Assembly: GCF_000497125.1 (NCBI RefSeq)
Contig: NC_090600.1
Span: forward strand, 1,385,197-1,449,196
Direction of reading: 5' to 3'
Source: Spironucleus salmonicida
Taxonomy: Eukaryota
DNA length: 64,000 bases
Below the pieces are notes generated by a model. The model had not been told where the DNA came from. It saw only the letters and a program-made list of their open reading frames with translations, and searched no databases. Positions 24,050 to 37,280 of this stretch are shown in pieces. Each line of letters begins with the position of its first letter. The first letter of the stretch is position 1. The position numbers and the translations under genes are program-made.

Positions 24050-24865
24050 ATGGGTGGCTCTTAATCAAATAATAAAAGTAATTATGGTAACCCTATACCA
24101 GATAAGTACAAGACCTTCTAGGAGTTAGAATAAGCACTAAGAAACGCCGGCATCGAGTCCCTGCAGTGTGCTTTTTTCTTTGATTTTTCAAAGTCTAATA
24201 CATGGACGGGGCAAAATACATACTAAGGAAGATCACTGCACGATACAACGTTTTCTAACCCTTATATTCATGCAATGGATGTTATGGCGCCTCTTATTCC
24301 TCGTTTTGACGATGACGGTATAATCCCAGCATTCAGATTCGGCTGCATGGATACAAAGGATAAAATTGTTACTCCATTACTTTTCCCTTAGGTTTAAGAT
24401 CCTCATTTCTCTGGAATTGATGCTCTAAAGCAAGCATATATTTAGATATGTTAATCGGTAGTGATGTCTGGTCCAACCACATTTGCTCCTTCAGTCGAGC
24501 AGGCAATATAAATTTCTGCTGCTTACAAGCACTAATAGCAACTTTTTGTTATCCTTATGACGGATGGTGATGTCTCTGATCTAGAGAGAGATAAGCAAGC
24601 TTTTATTTAGGCTTCAAATTACCCTATTTCATTTTGCGCACTAGGCTTCGGAGATGGTCCATTTACTAAAATGTAATTTTTTGATGACATGAAAGGTCGC
24701 AAATTCGATAACTTCTAGTTTGTTAATTTTACTAAAATAGAATGTGAAAGCCGGCGCACGGAAAATCCAGAGTTAGTACTTGCAACGGCCATGATGTAAG
24801 AATTACCAGACTAGTTCAAATAAATGAAAGCACTTGGTGCTTTGAAAAATAATAATTTATAGTGA
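24050..24865 (+). CDS. vWA-only copine (RGLG-type), N-myristoylation motif, 271 aa; paralog of 22104-22901
   Basis: MGGSQS; same motif set (FFDFSKSNTWTG, SGPTTFAP, MTDG, GFGDGPF, RKFDNFQFVNF). Confidence 0.9.
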
Positions 24866-24895
24866 TATTATATTTTTACTTATTATGCGGATAAA

Positions 24896-25708
24896 ATGAA
24901 TTTTATAAAATTTGCAGAGAATTATCCTCTACGGTAGGAATCAGATGTGCAGAGAATGCAAGTGTATACATCAGGATTTAGTAATTCAGAAGTCAGGGAA
25001 ACATTACTGCAGCGGTCCTTAGTTACTCCTAAAATTTAGAGAGTCACATTTTCACGGTTATATTCTTAATAGTAAAGAAAATAATAAGATTAAGGTTAAA
25101 AAGAGGATTAATTATAAATTGATGATCTATTGATTTCAAAATAAGTCTAATTTCGACCAAAGTCATCTGGAAAGAGTTCACTCAAAATATAAAATATAAT
25201 ACAAAGTTAAAAGATTTATAATTCACCTGATAAATCAATGAATAAAATGACTAAAAATATAACACTGGACACAGAAGTGGTATAACACACAATCAAACGT
25301 TCTAGAGTATTAGATTAACAATACTTAGAGAAGATTAGGCCATTTGATTTAATTAGAGAAAAACCATAAAATAAGTAGCCAAAGAGAGTACCTATATAAA
25401 GTCTTAAGTTATACTAAGATAAAATAAAAAACGACCATAAAATTTTTTCAACCAAATCTTTAATAAGTTCCTAAGCGAGTATAAGACCCGTTTAATAATC
25501 ATAGTAACCGCGAAAAACTTTATGTAATAGTGTGGATTTCTTATTTTAAGATGTTATTAAACAGAAAAATGAAATTTTATAACGCTTTACTCCTGTTATT
25601 AATGCAAATTAGAATTATAATACTATTTTATAACATTGGAATTTCATAAATGGTAAATTACCAGAAAAAATAGAATTTGCATAACTAGTTAAGGTAACAT
25701 TGGATTGA
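24896..25708 (+). CDS. Hypothetical basic/disordered protein, 270 aa
   Basis: MNFIKFAENYPLRQESDVQRMQVY...; code-6 ORF ending at TGA 25706-25708. Confidence 0.65.
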
Positions 25709-25710
25709 AT

Positions 25711-28700
25711 TCATTCTAAAGGTGCCCAAGGAGGAAACATTTGTCCTAATCGTATCTCATCGATACTTCTGTTTATTGATACCCAATATTATTCTTCGAT
25801 ATTGCTACAAATATTTTCAAATATTTTCATAACTATATCAGTTTTATTTTTAGAAAGCATGGTTGAAACTGCAGTAAAACTGGTTAAAAACATATGTGAA
25901 TTTTATTAAATAATTCTCAGCAAATTTTAAGAAGTTTATTTAAATCTAGATTCAAATCTTGCAGGTCCTAATAAATGTATAATGAATGGAGTTAATCGTA
26001 TGTCGCATGCGTCAGGAATTGGCAAATCTTTTGCATGATAAAAAATAGCTTCAAAATCTATATTATGAATAGTTTAAGTTACTGGGTCGAACAAAATATT
26101 ATTATTATGTCTATCACCAATTCCTAAAAGAAAACAAATAACACTCCAACATGCGATTGAATCTATAGTTTTGTAATTGTTATCTTATTACTAACCAACA
26201 CTGCCAGAATCAAATAATGAAAATCTAATTTGTGATAATGTTAGTTATTTTTACATTTATTCTTTTAAATATACTTCACTGTGCTATGGAAAAGGCTAAC
26301 GATATTAAATTTTTGGATAAGTATTAATAAGTGATTATATAGATTATAGTTTTTATAAAACTTCGACTAAGGAAAATTTATTATTTCCAGCACAATAAAC
26401 TTATCCTACGTAATATATTTTAAATCTAAAGCTTGAAAAACTCATAAACTAGTTTAAATTATCTAAGTATTCCATAAGACAATTATCTGTTCCGGTAAAA
26501 TCATCTGGTTTTAATATCAATTATTCCTCAGTAAAATTTAGTTACACATTAAATAGTACTGGTTTTGCTTTAGAATTATAGGTTTTTTAGTATTAAAATG
26601 ATTTGATATAAAATTGTTCTAATAATATTTCATAGTCATCTATATTTGTATTATTTTAACTAACTATAATTTATTTAGAACAGTTTAAGAATTTAAATGA
26701 ACTAAAGCATATCTTTTTGTGTAATAAATGTTTTCTTTGTTCCATTTTATCGCGTATTTAAATTAGTTCTTCGATAAATGAACTATAATTTACCGAATAC
26801 TAAATATATTTGCTTACAATATCCGTGTACCCTTTACTTTACTGAAAAGATTTAAGAATTTTGAATATTACTTGCGCTACCAAATCATTAGTGGTAAACT
26901 TTTTCTAAGTTTTGCTTACAAAATAAATCCCTACTTATCTTAAAAATAAGTCAAAATGTGCATAGTGCCATATTGAATTTTTAATTATAACTTCTAATAA
27001 ACCCTCACAATTAGTTAAGGCTTTAGATGTGAGCTGTTAATAGCCATTAAAAATATACACAAATTATTCTAAAATTTAATATGGAGATAATTAGTTAATA
27101 AAATCTATTATTAAAGTTTGGTTAGCTAAATATTAGCTTAAAAACGTCGTCTATGTACCTTATTCTTATAATGTTAAGTAATCTCTTATTGATTATTATA
27201 GCTCTTATTATTAATTATTTTGTTATGTAAAAGATTATTATAATTAACATCCTTCGATCCATATTATAAAAAATATTTTATAATATTATGTTATTAACGA
27301 ATTTTTCTCATTAAATATTTATAATATTATATGATGAGTTCTTAATATAATTTCTAACTACAAAAGTTTGCTATTTTCTTATTTTTATGCCTGTGTTTTT
27401 AATTTAATGTAGATAGGTATTATTTTGTTTAGTAAAAATATTTACGACTAGTTATCTTAAATAAGATCGTATAAATTGTTAAATATAGTTTACAATGATT
27501 CATCGTTTAAAATTGAAAATTCAGATGAATCATCTAAATTTTATAAAAAGATTGATTAAATACCTTATTATTTTAAAATTCCTTAACTTTACTGTGGCTA
27601 TGACATAAGTATTCTGTTTAAATTCAGTTAGGATTGAAAATGTTAATTTTGCAACTTACTTAATGAAATTTTATTCGTATAATAAACTTTCAATAAATGG
27701 GCATATTCTTTTTTACCTAAATTTTTTGATTGAGTTTCTTCTTGAAATCCATATATAACATTTATTCTTTCAAGTTATTTTTCTAAATTAATAGATAATT
27801 ATTATTTATATGGGTAATATGCTACTAATTATTGTTCCACAAGTACAACTTAAGTATTTCTTTACAATAATTTTATTAGCAAAGATTTAAATCGCTAATC
27901 AATAGATAATATGCAGTTGTGTATATGGTTATGATGTAGAATAAAAATAAATTATTCGTAAGCTAATTCATATTATTATCCAAATAAATAAAAATCGATT
28001 AAATTAATATAAGATTAATAATTTGCCTAACTATAAGATTATAAATCTTAGTTTATAATAATTCTATCCTCATTACTTACAAAAAGATATTTAATATTTA
28101 TATTAGCCTACAAAAGAATATTGATATAATATTCAGCATATTCAGAAGTTATAACTGAGCTTTGAATGAACATGTTCTAATTAGACTATCCTCTTAAGTA
28201 ATATAAAATTTATAAAGAAATTTATGATAATATCTCTGAAAATAAATATTTTTCTCCTTAATCTAAGAATATTTTTTGTAAAGTAAAAACAAGCATTGAA
28301 ATTGTTAATTATAAATCAACTAAAAAATGAGGTTAGATAAGATCAAAAATAGATGAATATATTTGTCCTTATGTTTTTTATTGTTATGAGGTGATTATCT
28401 TTTCTAAGATCAAATAAAAATATTCGGATATATTTTAAGCGTCTATCTTTGTTTTAACCTTTTACATATGATTAGTTTAATAAGTAATTTTTAATCTATG
28501 AAATCTTTATAATTAATTAAACAATTCCCCATTAATGATTCTTGTTCTATCGATAATTTATAAATTATTTAAATACTTGCTAATAGTAGACAGACTGACT
28601 AAGTTATGGGTTGGAAATTAAATATTTTTCAATAAATACTCTGTAAGAAATGAGAAATATTCTTTGTATGCAACAGTTTTTTATAGCTAAACTTTTTAAT

Positions 28701-31005
28701 TTTAATAAAAATTTAATTGTAGAACATAGTTTCTTTTTGTAGATGCTTCAAATATTATATGATATAAATCATTGACCAATTAGCTTAATTAATTTATATG
28801 CTAGAAATTTTATTTTACATCTAATATAATTGATAAAATTTTTAACAAATACTATACACTTACTATTTTATCAACATAAAAATTTTAGGATTAAAATAAT
28901 ATTTACTATAACTAAAACTGATTAAACTTTTAATAGTGGATAAGTTTTAACACTATAAATTATTTGAGTCTCATATCGCTTTAATTCATAGTCAATATAA
29001 TATTTTGAATATATTATAAATCTATTTCATTGTAAAACTAGGTATCTTTAAAACTTTAATAGATATCTTATTGTTCCAATGATAGATACGGAAAAATTTA
29101 TTCTTTAAGTATGATTGAAGAAATTAACATAGCTGAATTATCATTTTTATCGTTTTTATTAAGGTATAGTATATGTTGTAAATCATTAGAATAATAAGCA
29201 TAAATTAATGCCTGTTAAAATAATTAATCAAAATATCTAGAAATTATTGTATTATCTAAATTTTCTAGAAATAGATAATAAAATAATGCTTATTTTAACA
29301 CTGCTTAAAATACAGGCAAAATTACACATTTTTTCTTGCTATCAATAATCGAATCTTTTAATTAAAACGAAAATATACAAAATTATTAAATTTATTCCTA
29401 ATCTCCTTATATTAAAATATTCATTAATGTGTTTAACTATAGAATTAGTGAAGTAAGTGTGTTTTCTAATTCTGAGCAAATATAAATATTTTATGGAGTG
29501 AATATAAATCCTAAGCTAAAAGGCTATATGTTGTTATAATCTTCAATTACTAAAGAAATTACTTAAATAGCATCTAATATATATAATTATGACAATGATA
29601 TATCAAATACGTCGAAGTTATAATTATTGGTAAAATAACTCTCATATAATATTAGTGTTTATTAAGATGTTGTTCTTTAAAATCCTACTAAAGATTACTA
29701 ATAATCTTTATCTTTAATGGAAATAATTAATTATAAAATTTTAAAGGAAATTTGTGGGAATTTTATAATAGGACCGTCAGAAGATTAGATTAGTTTTAGG
29801 CAATCTAGAATATAGCTATCAATATAAAAATGAGAAATAGATGAATTTATATTATGTAATAATGATAATCTATCTATAAGTTTTATAGACTTTTATCTTA
29901 CCCAGATAACTTATTAAATAATACTATTCATATTTACTTTATTCTTATAAATTTTAAAATTAATATTATCTACATTCATAGAATCCTGTACACATTTTAG
30001 CTAAAGCAATAACTAATAAATCTAATCATTAACACACACCATATTCTCTAAATTAAGAATATTTAAATTTTAGTAAAGGAAAAGTTCTAGTGTAGTATAA
30101 TGCTTAGCGCTAAATGTATCTACTCTTTTTAAAAAATTCAAAATAAATTCATACAACAAGTCCTTGTCACAATTAAACCCTGGATGTGATGAAACGAATT
30201 TCCACATATATTTGTAGTACTTCGTATTCATTCCAAGTAGATTTTTGAATAGTAAAACGTAAAAACTACCTAGCAAAATCTCTTAGTTAATTTTTACAAA
30301 ACCTAAAATTTATGTAAAACTAATTTTTCGAAGTTCAAGGTGTTCAATAGAATTTTCTATTTAATTTAATAATTTACCATCTAAAAATTATATCGTATTA
30401 CTTATACAGAATTCTAAAATATCCTGATGTTATTGTTAAAAATTATTATATGTTTATAAAATTGAAAGAATTTCTAGTGAATTTGATGATTACATCTCAA
30501 AGTGTTTAATAAAATTTCTAAATATATCAACAGTCAAAAATTAATAATTTTTGTTTTTGATAATATCATAAACAATATTTTCAGTATCCAATAAAAGGTA
30601 ATGACAACATTATTTGCCAAAGCCAACTTCAGCTAATGTTGTTAGTATACTAAATAACTCCAAACCTTTGAAATTTAAAATAAATCGATCTAAAAATTAT
30701 ATAATCTAAGCAATAATTTATTATACCGAAAGTTCGTGTGTCACGAAACGAATTAATTATTTAGAACTAATAAGATCCAACTAAAGACAGCAGAGAAAAG
30801 CGATGACTCCTAGGGATGATATTTGATGATTTTGAAGAATTACTAGTTTTCTAAAATTATTTTCATTTTAAATAGAAATTAGAATTGATGATGGTGAAAA
30901 TAGTAAGTGCACATCAGTCATAGCAATAGTCGTTAAATTATTAGGGATTGTAGTAAAGTTTAATTATGACTGAGGAGATGACAAAAAAGTGAGAAGATCC
31001 GTCAT
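25711..31005 (-). CDS. PI3K-related protein kinase (PIKK), ATR/Mec1-like, 1764 aa
   Basis: LILKPDDFTGTDNCLMEY, SIACWSVICFLLGIGDRHNNNILFD, HNIDF, LPIPD..IRLT, FATC-like RLGQMFPPWAPLE; long helical N-terminus. Confidence 0.85.
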
Positions 31006-31057
31006 TTTACTAATGTTAATATATTATAGTCTATATAAATTAAACATTTACATCATT

Positions 31058-31567
31058 TCATTCTAATACCATGTATTCGTTTATCAACTATTTAACAGCT
31101 ATTTTGGCTGCTCCCTAAGGCACTAAGTCAATATATTATTATTTAAATTATGCATCAGACTTTCTCCAAAAATCATTCATTTTTTTTAATATTGTTGATT
31201 TATTCTTATCATCAAGAACAAATTTGTCCTCTAATAGTTTTCTTATATGAGCTACATAGTAAACTAGCTTTTCAGGCTCTCTTATGAACGATTTATATAC
31301 TCTTTCCTATTTCTTCTCCTTTTCATAGTCAGGATAGGATTCACGGAAAACTGCTATGTCTAGGTCATATTACTATTTAAGTTTGTGAGCTTCGTTCTCA
31401 AAATATTTTTTAGGCTCTTCGTCAAGTTTATTCCATAATTCAGATACTCTAATGCAAAATTCACTTTAAGGTAAATCTATCAATTCAGTTCGCATTTTTG
31501 ATGAAAATAAAAAATAAGAGTTAGGAGGACGCTTAGGTACTTCTACGAAAGGTTTTTATTCTGCCAT
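31058..31567 (-). CDS. HMG-box protein (one clear box, probable second degenerate box), 169 aa
   Basis: PKRPPNSYFLFSSKMR...VSELWNKLDEEPKKYFENEAHKLKQQY. Confidence 0.88.
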
Positions 31568-31659
31568 TTTAAAATTTGGAATGGAATGTAAGTGTATTTA
31601 TATATGCAATATATAAAATAGTAAATTATAATATGTAAAATAAACAATCTTTCACTTAA

Positions 31660-33423
31660 TCAAACCCTCTCTCTATCAAGCTATTTTTTGTGTTTTTCGT
31701 TCAAAGCCCTCATTTGATCTGCTGCTTATTTCCTGTCTTGCGCAAATTATTGCATTAGTTTTGCCCTTTCATCGTCACTCTACGCGTCAGCTAACTATCT
31801 TTTTCTTCCTTATTCAGCGATCTTTTCACTTTACTAAAGTGTTTACATCTCCTTGTTTTAGTTTTACAAAATTTCGGTTTATGATTTCTTTGGACCACTT
31901 GATTAACGCTAAACAGCACTTTTCTAGGCGCTTGGAACACTCCGCATTGTCGTCGAGGATTTTAACTACTAACTTCCTGTTCCAGGCCTTTCATTAACGC
32001 TGCTAGGTGACTTCTTCTTAAACAGCCTCTCGTATTCTTCTTTTAGCTTCATGGCCTCCATTCTGGTTTTAGCTTAGATTAGTCCTAACGTTTGCGCTTT
32101 CTATTAAGCCTCTTTGTCTGAGATTAGCTCCAATCTGCGTTGCATTGCCATGGATTTTTACTCACGCTCGAACTGCTCTTATTGAGCCAAACGAACTGCC
32201 CTTTTGGCACGTTTATCGTTTTCGATCAGTTGCTAAGTTTTTCTCAATTTTTCTTGCATCAAAACATCCTCGTGGTAGACAGAATATTTGATTTCTGCAT
32301 CGTGCTCTTTTTAAAATAAATTTTTACGTTTGGCTTCTTGCTGCTGTTTCAAGAGTGCTGCTGCTTCTTCTATTTTTTACTATCTGATGATATCTTTTTC
32401 GTGCAAAATTATCATCTTTTCTTCCATTGTTTTTGCGTAGTATACAGAAGATTACTCCATTTTCTCTTAGAGAGCAATAGATTGGTCTTGCTTCTTCTTA
32501 GCGATTTCCTGCTCATTCTAAATTACTTTTTCTTGTATTAACTATTATTTTTCTGCTTGTTGCTGTCTAAATGACTCTATACGTGCGGTAATCGTCATTT
32601 CCCGCTCATAAGACCGCTAGTCCTCTTCTTATCGCTTAATTTTCTACTTCTCCTCTTTTTATTAGACACTGGCTAAAAAGTGTTATTATGCTTTCTCTTT
32701 ACGTTCCTCACGTTACAGTCTTTTTAGCTCATTTTCACGCTGAATATTAATCCTAAAGTCTTCCAAACGTGTTTCAATTATCAACATCTTCTTCTAGCTC
32801 TATTTCCTGATTTCTTCTAATTTTAGCTGAAACTATTAATCACGTTGTTATCTTTCTTCTAGGCTTTTCTTCTGCTTCTCAATGCTCATAGTCATAGCTT
32901 CTTTTATACGCTTCTATTCTTCTGCCTCTCTTTCTGCGATACGAAGCTAAAGTTCTTCATTTTTTCTGACTCTTTCTTCAGCTTTTTAAGCTTAAAACTC
33001 AGCAATAGCTGCAAAACGTTAATTTGCACGTCTAATTTCTTACTCTGCTCGCTCTGAAGCAGCATTAACAGCTGAACTATCCACTCCTAGAGGCTTTGCA
33101 AACTCTTATACGTATTTTTCTAGTTATTTTGGTCTTCCCATGATAATATATTCTGATTCTGTTATTCCGTTTGAGTTTAGTTCTGAATATGCTTACTTAG
33201 CATTTTATAGATCTTACTAGCGGTCCTATTCGTATTCATTGAAATATAATTCCGCTATTTTCTAATGATGGTGCTTTTAGAGGAAGGCTGAAAATGGAAT
33301 ATGTATTATATCTTCTGGGAATATACCAGCTCTTTTACAGGCTAATAAAGAGCGTGGGGTTGTCGGTGGATTCGTTGTTTTATCTTCATAATTCGATATT
33401 GAAATCGACGTTGTGCTTATCAT
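31660..33423 (-). CDS. Long charged coiled-coil protein, CCDC177-like (probably flagellar/cytoskeletal), 587 aa
   Basis: N-terminal TTPRSLLACKRAGIFPEDI resembles the TSPRSLEAC motif of CCDC177-type proteins; E/K/R/Q-rich coil follows. Confidence 0.7.
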
Positions 33424-33544
33424 TTGGGCGGAATGGGAGTGTTAGATCATTGAGTTTATAGTATAATAATTGAAAAATTTGTTTTCCATAAATTATATTT
33501 TTGTATAATATTATAACAAAATAAAAATAAGATTACATCAAATA

Positions 33545-34471
33545 TCAAACAGATTACTATTATTTAAAATCAGCTTCTAAATCAGATTTCAATTAGAAAC
33601 CTTTCCTAATAGATATTTGATATTCATTGAATTCATATTAAATAAACTTATCTAATTTTCTATCTTTTGATGTAATTGCTTACTTTGGACAGTTTTGTAC
33701 ACAATTAAAACAACAAATGCAGTTATTTATATACTTTTCATCATTAAATAGTTTATCTTCGTAGCTGAAAGAAACTTTCCCATCAGTAGTCTTAATTATC
33801 TACTGTGGGCATATATCGACACAAATGTTACATGATACACATTTATCTTAATTCACTACTAGTGGAGATCTGATCATAGCCAGTTATCTAAATTTTGGTC
33901 TCAAATTCAAAATTGCTCTAACTGATTTTAATTTAGCCTTCTAACTCAATGATAAGCCACTAATAGGTGATTTCATGTTAATTTATTTATGAACTTACTA
34001 CAAAAATAAAGACAGTATTGACTCGTAATTAGGGTTTATGGTTTCGACTTCTTCTTTAGTTTTAGGGTAAGTAAGTTTATAATAATTATTTACATATTTT
34101 TAGCTTAAATTTCCATAATATAATGTACTAGATAATCTATCTTAAAAATCTAAAGCTGTAACTCCTGGATCACCGCCATTTGAATTAAGAGTGAATGTGG
34201 GTTTCCCTTTAAGAAAATTATCCGGAATATTATTAATAAACTTTTAAACTTATGGTGGAAGTTAATAGCAATCTGTATAAGAAGAAAATACCAGCCCATC
34301 ACAAGGAGCTAATTACAATTTTTAGTTTTCTTCTAGTTGATTAAGTAGTAAATTTATATCAAATACTTCAAAACTATATGACATATCTAACTATTTAAAT
34401 TATTAGATCATTTTCTTTACATAATGTTAATTATTACCAGTGCAAGAGCAGCAATATACATTAAATTTCAT
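33545..34471 (-). CDS. Flavodoxin-like plus 2x[4Fe-4S] ferredoxin fusion (EFR1-type), 308 aa
   Basis: N-terminal YCCSCTGNN (SxTGN loop), flavodoxin-like core, CVSCNICVDICP and CICCFNCVQNCP. Confidence 0.85.
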
Positions 34472-35208
34472 TTGAGGTATACGATCATATATTTATTAAT
34501 ATATATTATTATTAATATTTTTATAATTCTAGCGTATAAGTAGTTATATTTTCTCCTGATATATTTTAGAGCATTATATTGTTGTTTAATAATTCATTAA
34601 ATGCATAATAATTCAGATAAATGAGAAATAAAATATATAATTTAATGTTTGACTTCTTAAACTAGGATTAAACTGGCAAAGATATATATTATATATTTAG
34701 TTAATAAAGTGATTAAATAATATTTGGGATAGGCATACTGTAGTTAGTGGTCATTCAGTATTAAATAATATATCCATTAGCTCTATGGATTAATTGGCTT
34801 AATTATTTCGTATTGAAATTAAGAACACAGTATTTATTGTTAAACTAAATCTTGGTCAAAACAAATGAAAATACTAAATTTATCAAAAATCTAAAGTCTT
34901 CTATGATTAATAATTATTTTAATATAAAAATTTATAATGCGAACTAAACTTTTGAGAAATTTAAAATATATAGTAACAATTACTGTGGTAGATTGTTCGA
35001 AATCTATTTTAATTTTAGTACTCGGTTGATATAAAATATACGCTTAATTTTCTTGCAAATATAATTATAAATACTTTTATATATAAATTAAAAATAAAAT
35101 ATACTATTAAATAGAAAAGAATATATATATATAATAATAATATATATTTTTAGACATTTCAAATTATATTTATATAAATAAACTAATATGTATATTTGTT
35201 GAAATATA

Positions 35209-35694
35209 ATGACAAACATATGTAAGGCATTCAATGGGTCGTATGAATACTGTTAAAATATTTCCTGTTACAGTAATGGATGTGCTGTATTCACTGGTCG
35301 AGGGCAATGCAATAGCGTGTGTCGAAATTCATGTCAAAATGGTTAATACGTTGTGTGCATCAATAATAAAGATACAGGTTGTACATTACAAGATTTAGCA
35401 GGATAACGGCAAGGTTCATATGCATGTATTGCTCCTCTTATTCCAATTTGGGCTATTGTACTTATTGTATTAATTAGCTGCATTATCACAGCAATTGGTC
35501 TCTTTTTTTTATTCAGACATTTGCGAAAGTAAAAACAGTTAGATAAAATAACTTTGTAAAATGAAAGGCGGCAAAATAGATTAAAAATGCTTTAATAAGC
35601 ATAATAGTTTGATGAAACACACATTTTAGAAAAAATTGAAGACATTGATGATGGGCCTCTAATGTTAGTCGGAAGAGGAAGTGGTGTATTTTGA
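35209..35694 (+). CDS. Small cysteine-rich single-pass membrane protein, 161 aa
   Basis: Ten Cys in the N-terminal ~75 aa, TM PIWAIVLIVLISCIITAIGLFFLF, basic RHLRKQK stop-transfer. Confidence 0.8.
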
Positions 35695-35731
35695 TATTAA
35701 ATATTATATTATTTATATTAACATTATATAG

Positions 35732-36814
35732 ATGAAAAAGAAATATATTTAGTTAGATGAAGTGCATCAGCTATAATAATCAATTTATAGTTTACTTTAT
35801 AGTGGTAACAATAATTTATAAAAAATAATATATGAGATAGTGCAATCGTAATCTCCATTCTTATTTCCGGATTATCCATTATTTTTTGTAGACTAATCAA
35901 AACTATTTATAGAAAATGCTTTTCTCAGTACACAAAATTATGAATATCTAGATATACACTCTGTAAATACTAGATAACTTTTAGCGAGTATAACTTCATC
36001 TTCGGCAAAACCTTTAATTTGTGATATACCCGGACAAATTTATAAAAATATCATCATGAAAATGTCTACAAGAAAGATAATCTTTATATTAAATATGTTT
36101 TCTATAGATTAAGTAATCACAAGATAGGAATTATTCAATTAAAAAAATGTTAAATATTTTCCTGAAATAAAAAGATCAAGTTTTCAACATTTGATTTAAT
36201 AGCTAAATTTACATCCTTTTATTTACTCCAATTCTTAATCTTGTGATATTTACTATATTCTTCATAATTTTTATTACTTCGGTAGTTAATCATGGTAATT
36301 CTAGCCAAAAGAATTAATCAGCTTGCAGATTATAAAATCCTTTATTTCCCAAACTACAACTAAATATACGGAATTTGATAATGTATTATTAGAGAGAGAT
36401 TTAAAATAATTGATATTTCGTACAACGAAAAAGTAAAAATCATCGTTTCGATAAATATTTAAGCATGATAATTTATCAGCGTCGCTGCGGATTCAACTCG
36501 GGGATCGTAGATCAGTTCGAACAATATTTTAATACTTTCCAATAGTTACATAGAACCTTTATGCTCGCACTTTTATATCAGAAATTCTTAGCTTTAGTGA
36601 AAGATAAGATAATGTTAACCTAAACAATATAGAACTAGCACTCCGTGTAGTAGAGCCTTTAAAAGAAAAATGGCCAACGGGAACAATGGATTTAATAGAT
36701 ATTTGGACTGGAAATAAGTAAATCTAATACTATGTTCCAGAATGCCTTTAGCACTTAAATTTAAATGACTCATTCGACTCTAGCTCATTCAGTTGTATAA
36801 GTGACTAAATCTGA
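35732..36814 (+). CDS. Hypothetical protein, 360 aa
   Basis: MKKKYIQLDEVHQLQQSIYSLLYSG...; open in code 6 for 360 codons. Confidence 0.7.
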
Positions 36815-36854
36815 GTAAGAGTTTGTTGGTGAGTTTGGCGATGTGTTATAATCT

Positions 36855-37280
36855 ATGCAAGAAATAGAAGCTTTTCTTGATGATTCAATATACGAGGTGA
36901 AATTAGATTCTTTAATCACAGAATTCAAATCTTTTACTTTTTCTTATGTCTTCTACTACCTTCCCTAGATAAATTACTAAATATTAAAAACTATGCAAAT
37001 ACTCATTAAAACTGCTATAACAAAAATACCTGCTGCTGTTCTGGTTTTAATATCAATCTATGAACAACAGTACTAAAATCCATCAAATTAACAACTTAGT
37101 CCACAAATTCTCCTGCAAGGCAATAACGACTTGTAACATTTTTTCATTTAACTTAGCTAATTACTTTATATATCATATATTATTCTAGAACACGAGTTTC
37201 TTTTTGGACTAAATCCCTAGCATTATCTACGTCGTTTTCGTTGTATTTTCCACGTTAATACATGTTATACTAAAAATTGA
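36855..37280 (+). CDS. Hypothetical protein, 141 aa, weak SNAPC1-like pattern; overlaps next gene
   Basis: MQEIEAFLDDSIYEVKLDSLITEFKSFTFSYVF...AAVLVLISIYEQQYQNP; first in-frame TGA at 37278. Confidence 0.5.

Noticed and set aside
34621-35202. 194-codon code-6 ORF on the + strand
   Set aside because: Composition mirrors AT-rich spacer DNA, no motif, stop not in ARTGA context; such ORFs arise by chance when TGA is the only stop
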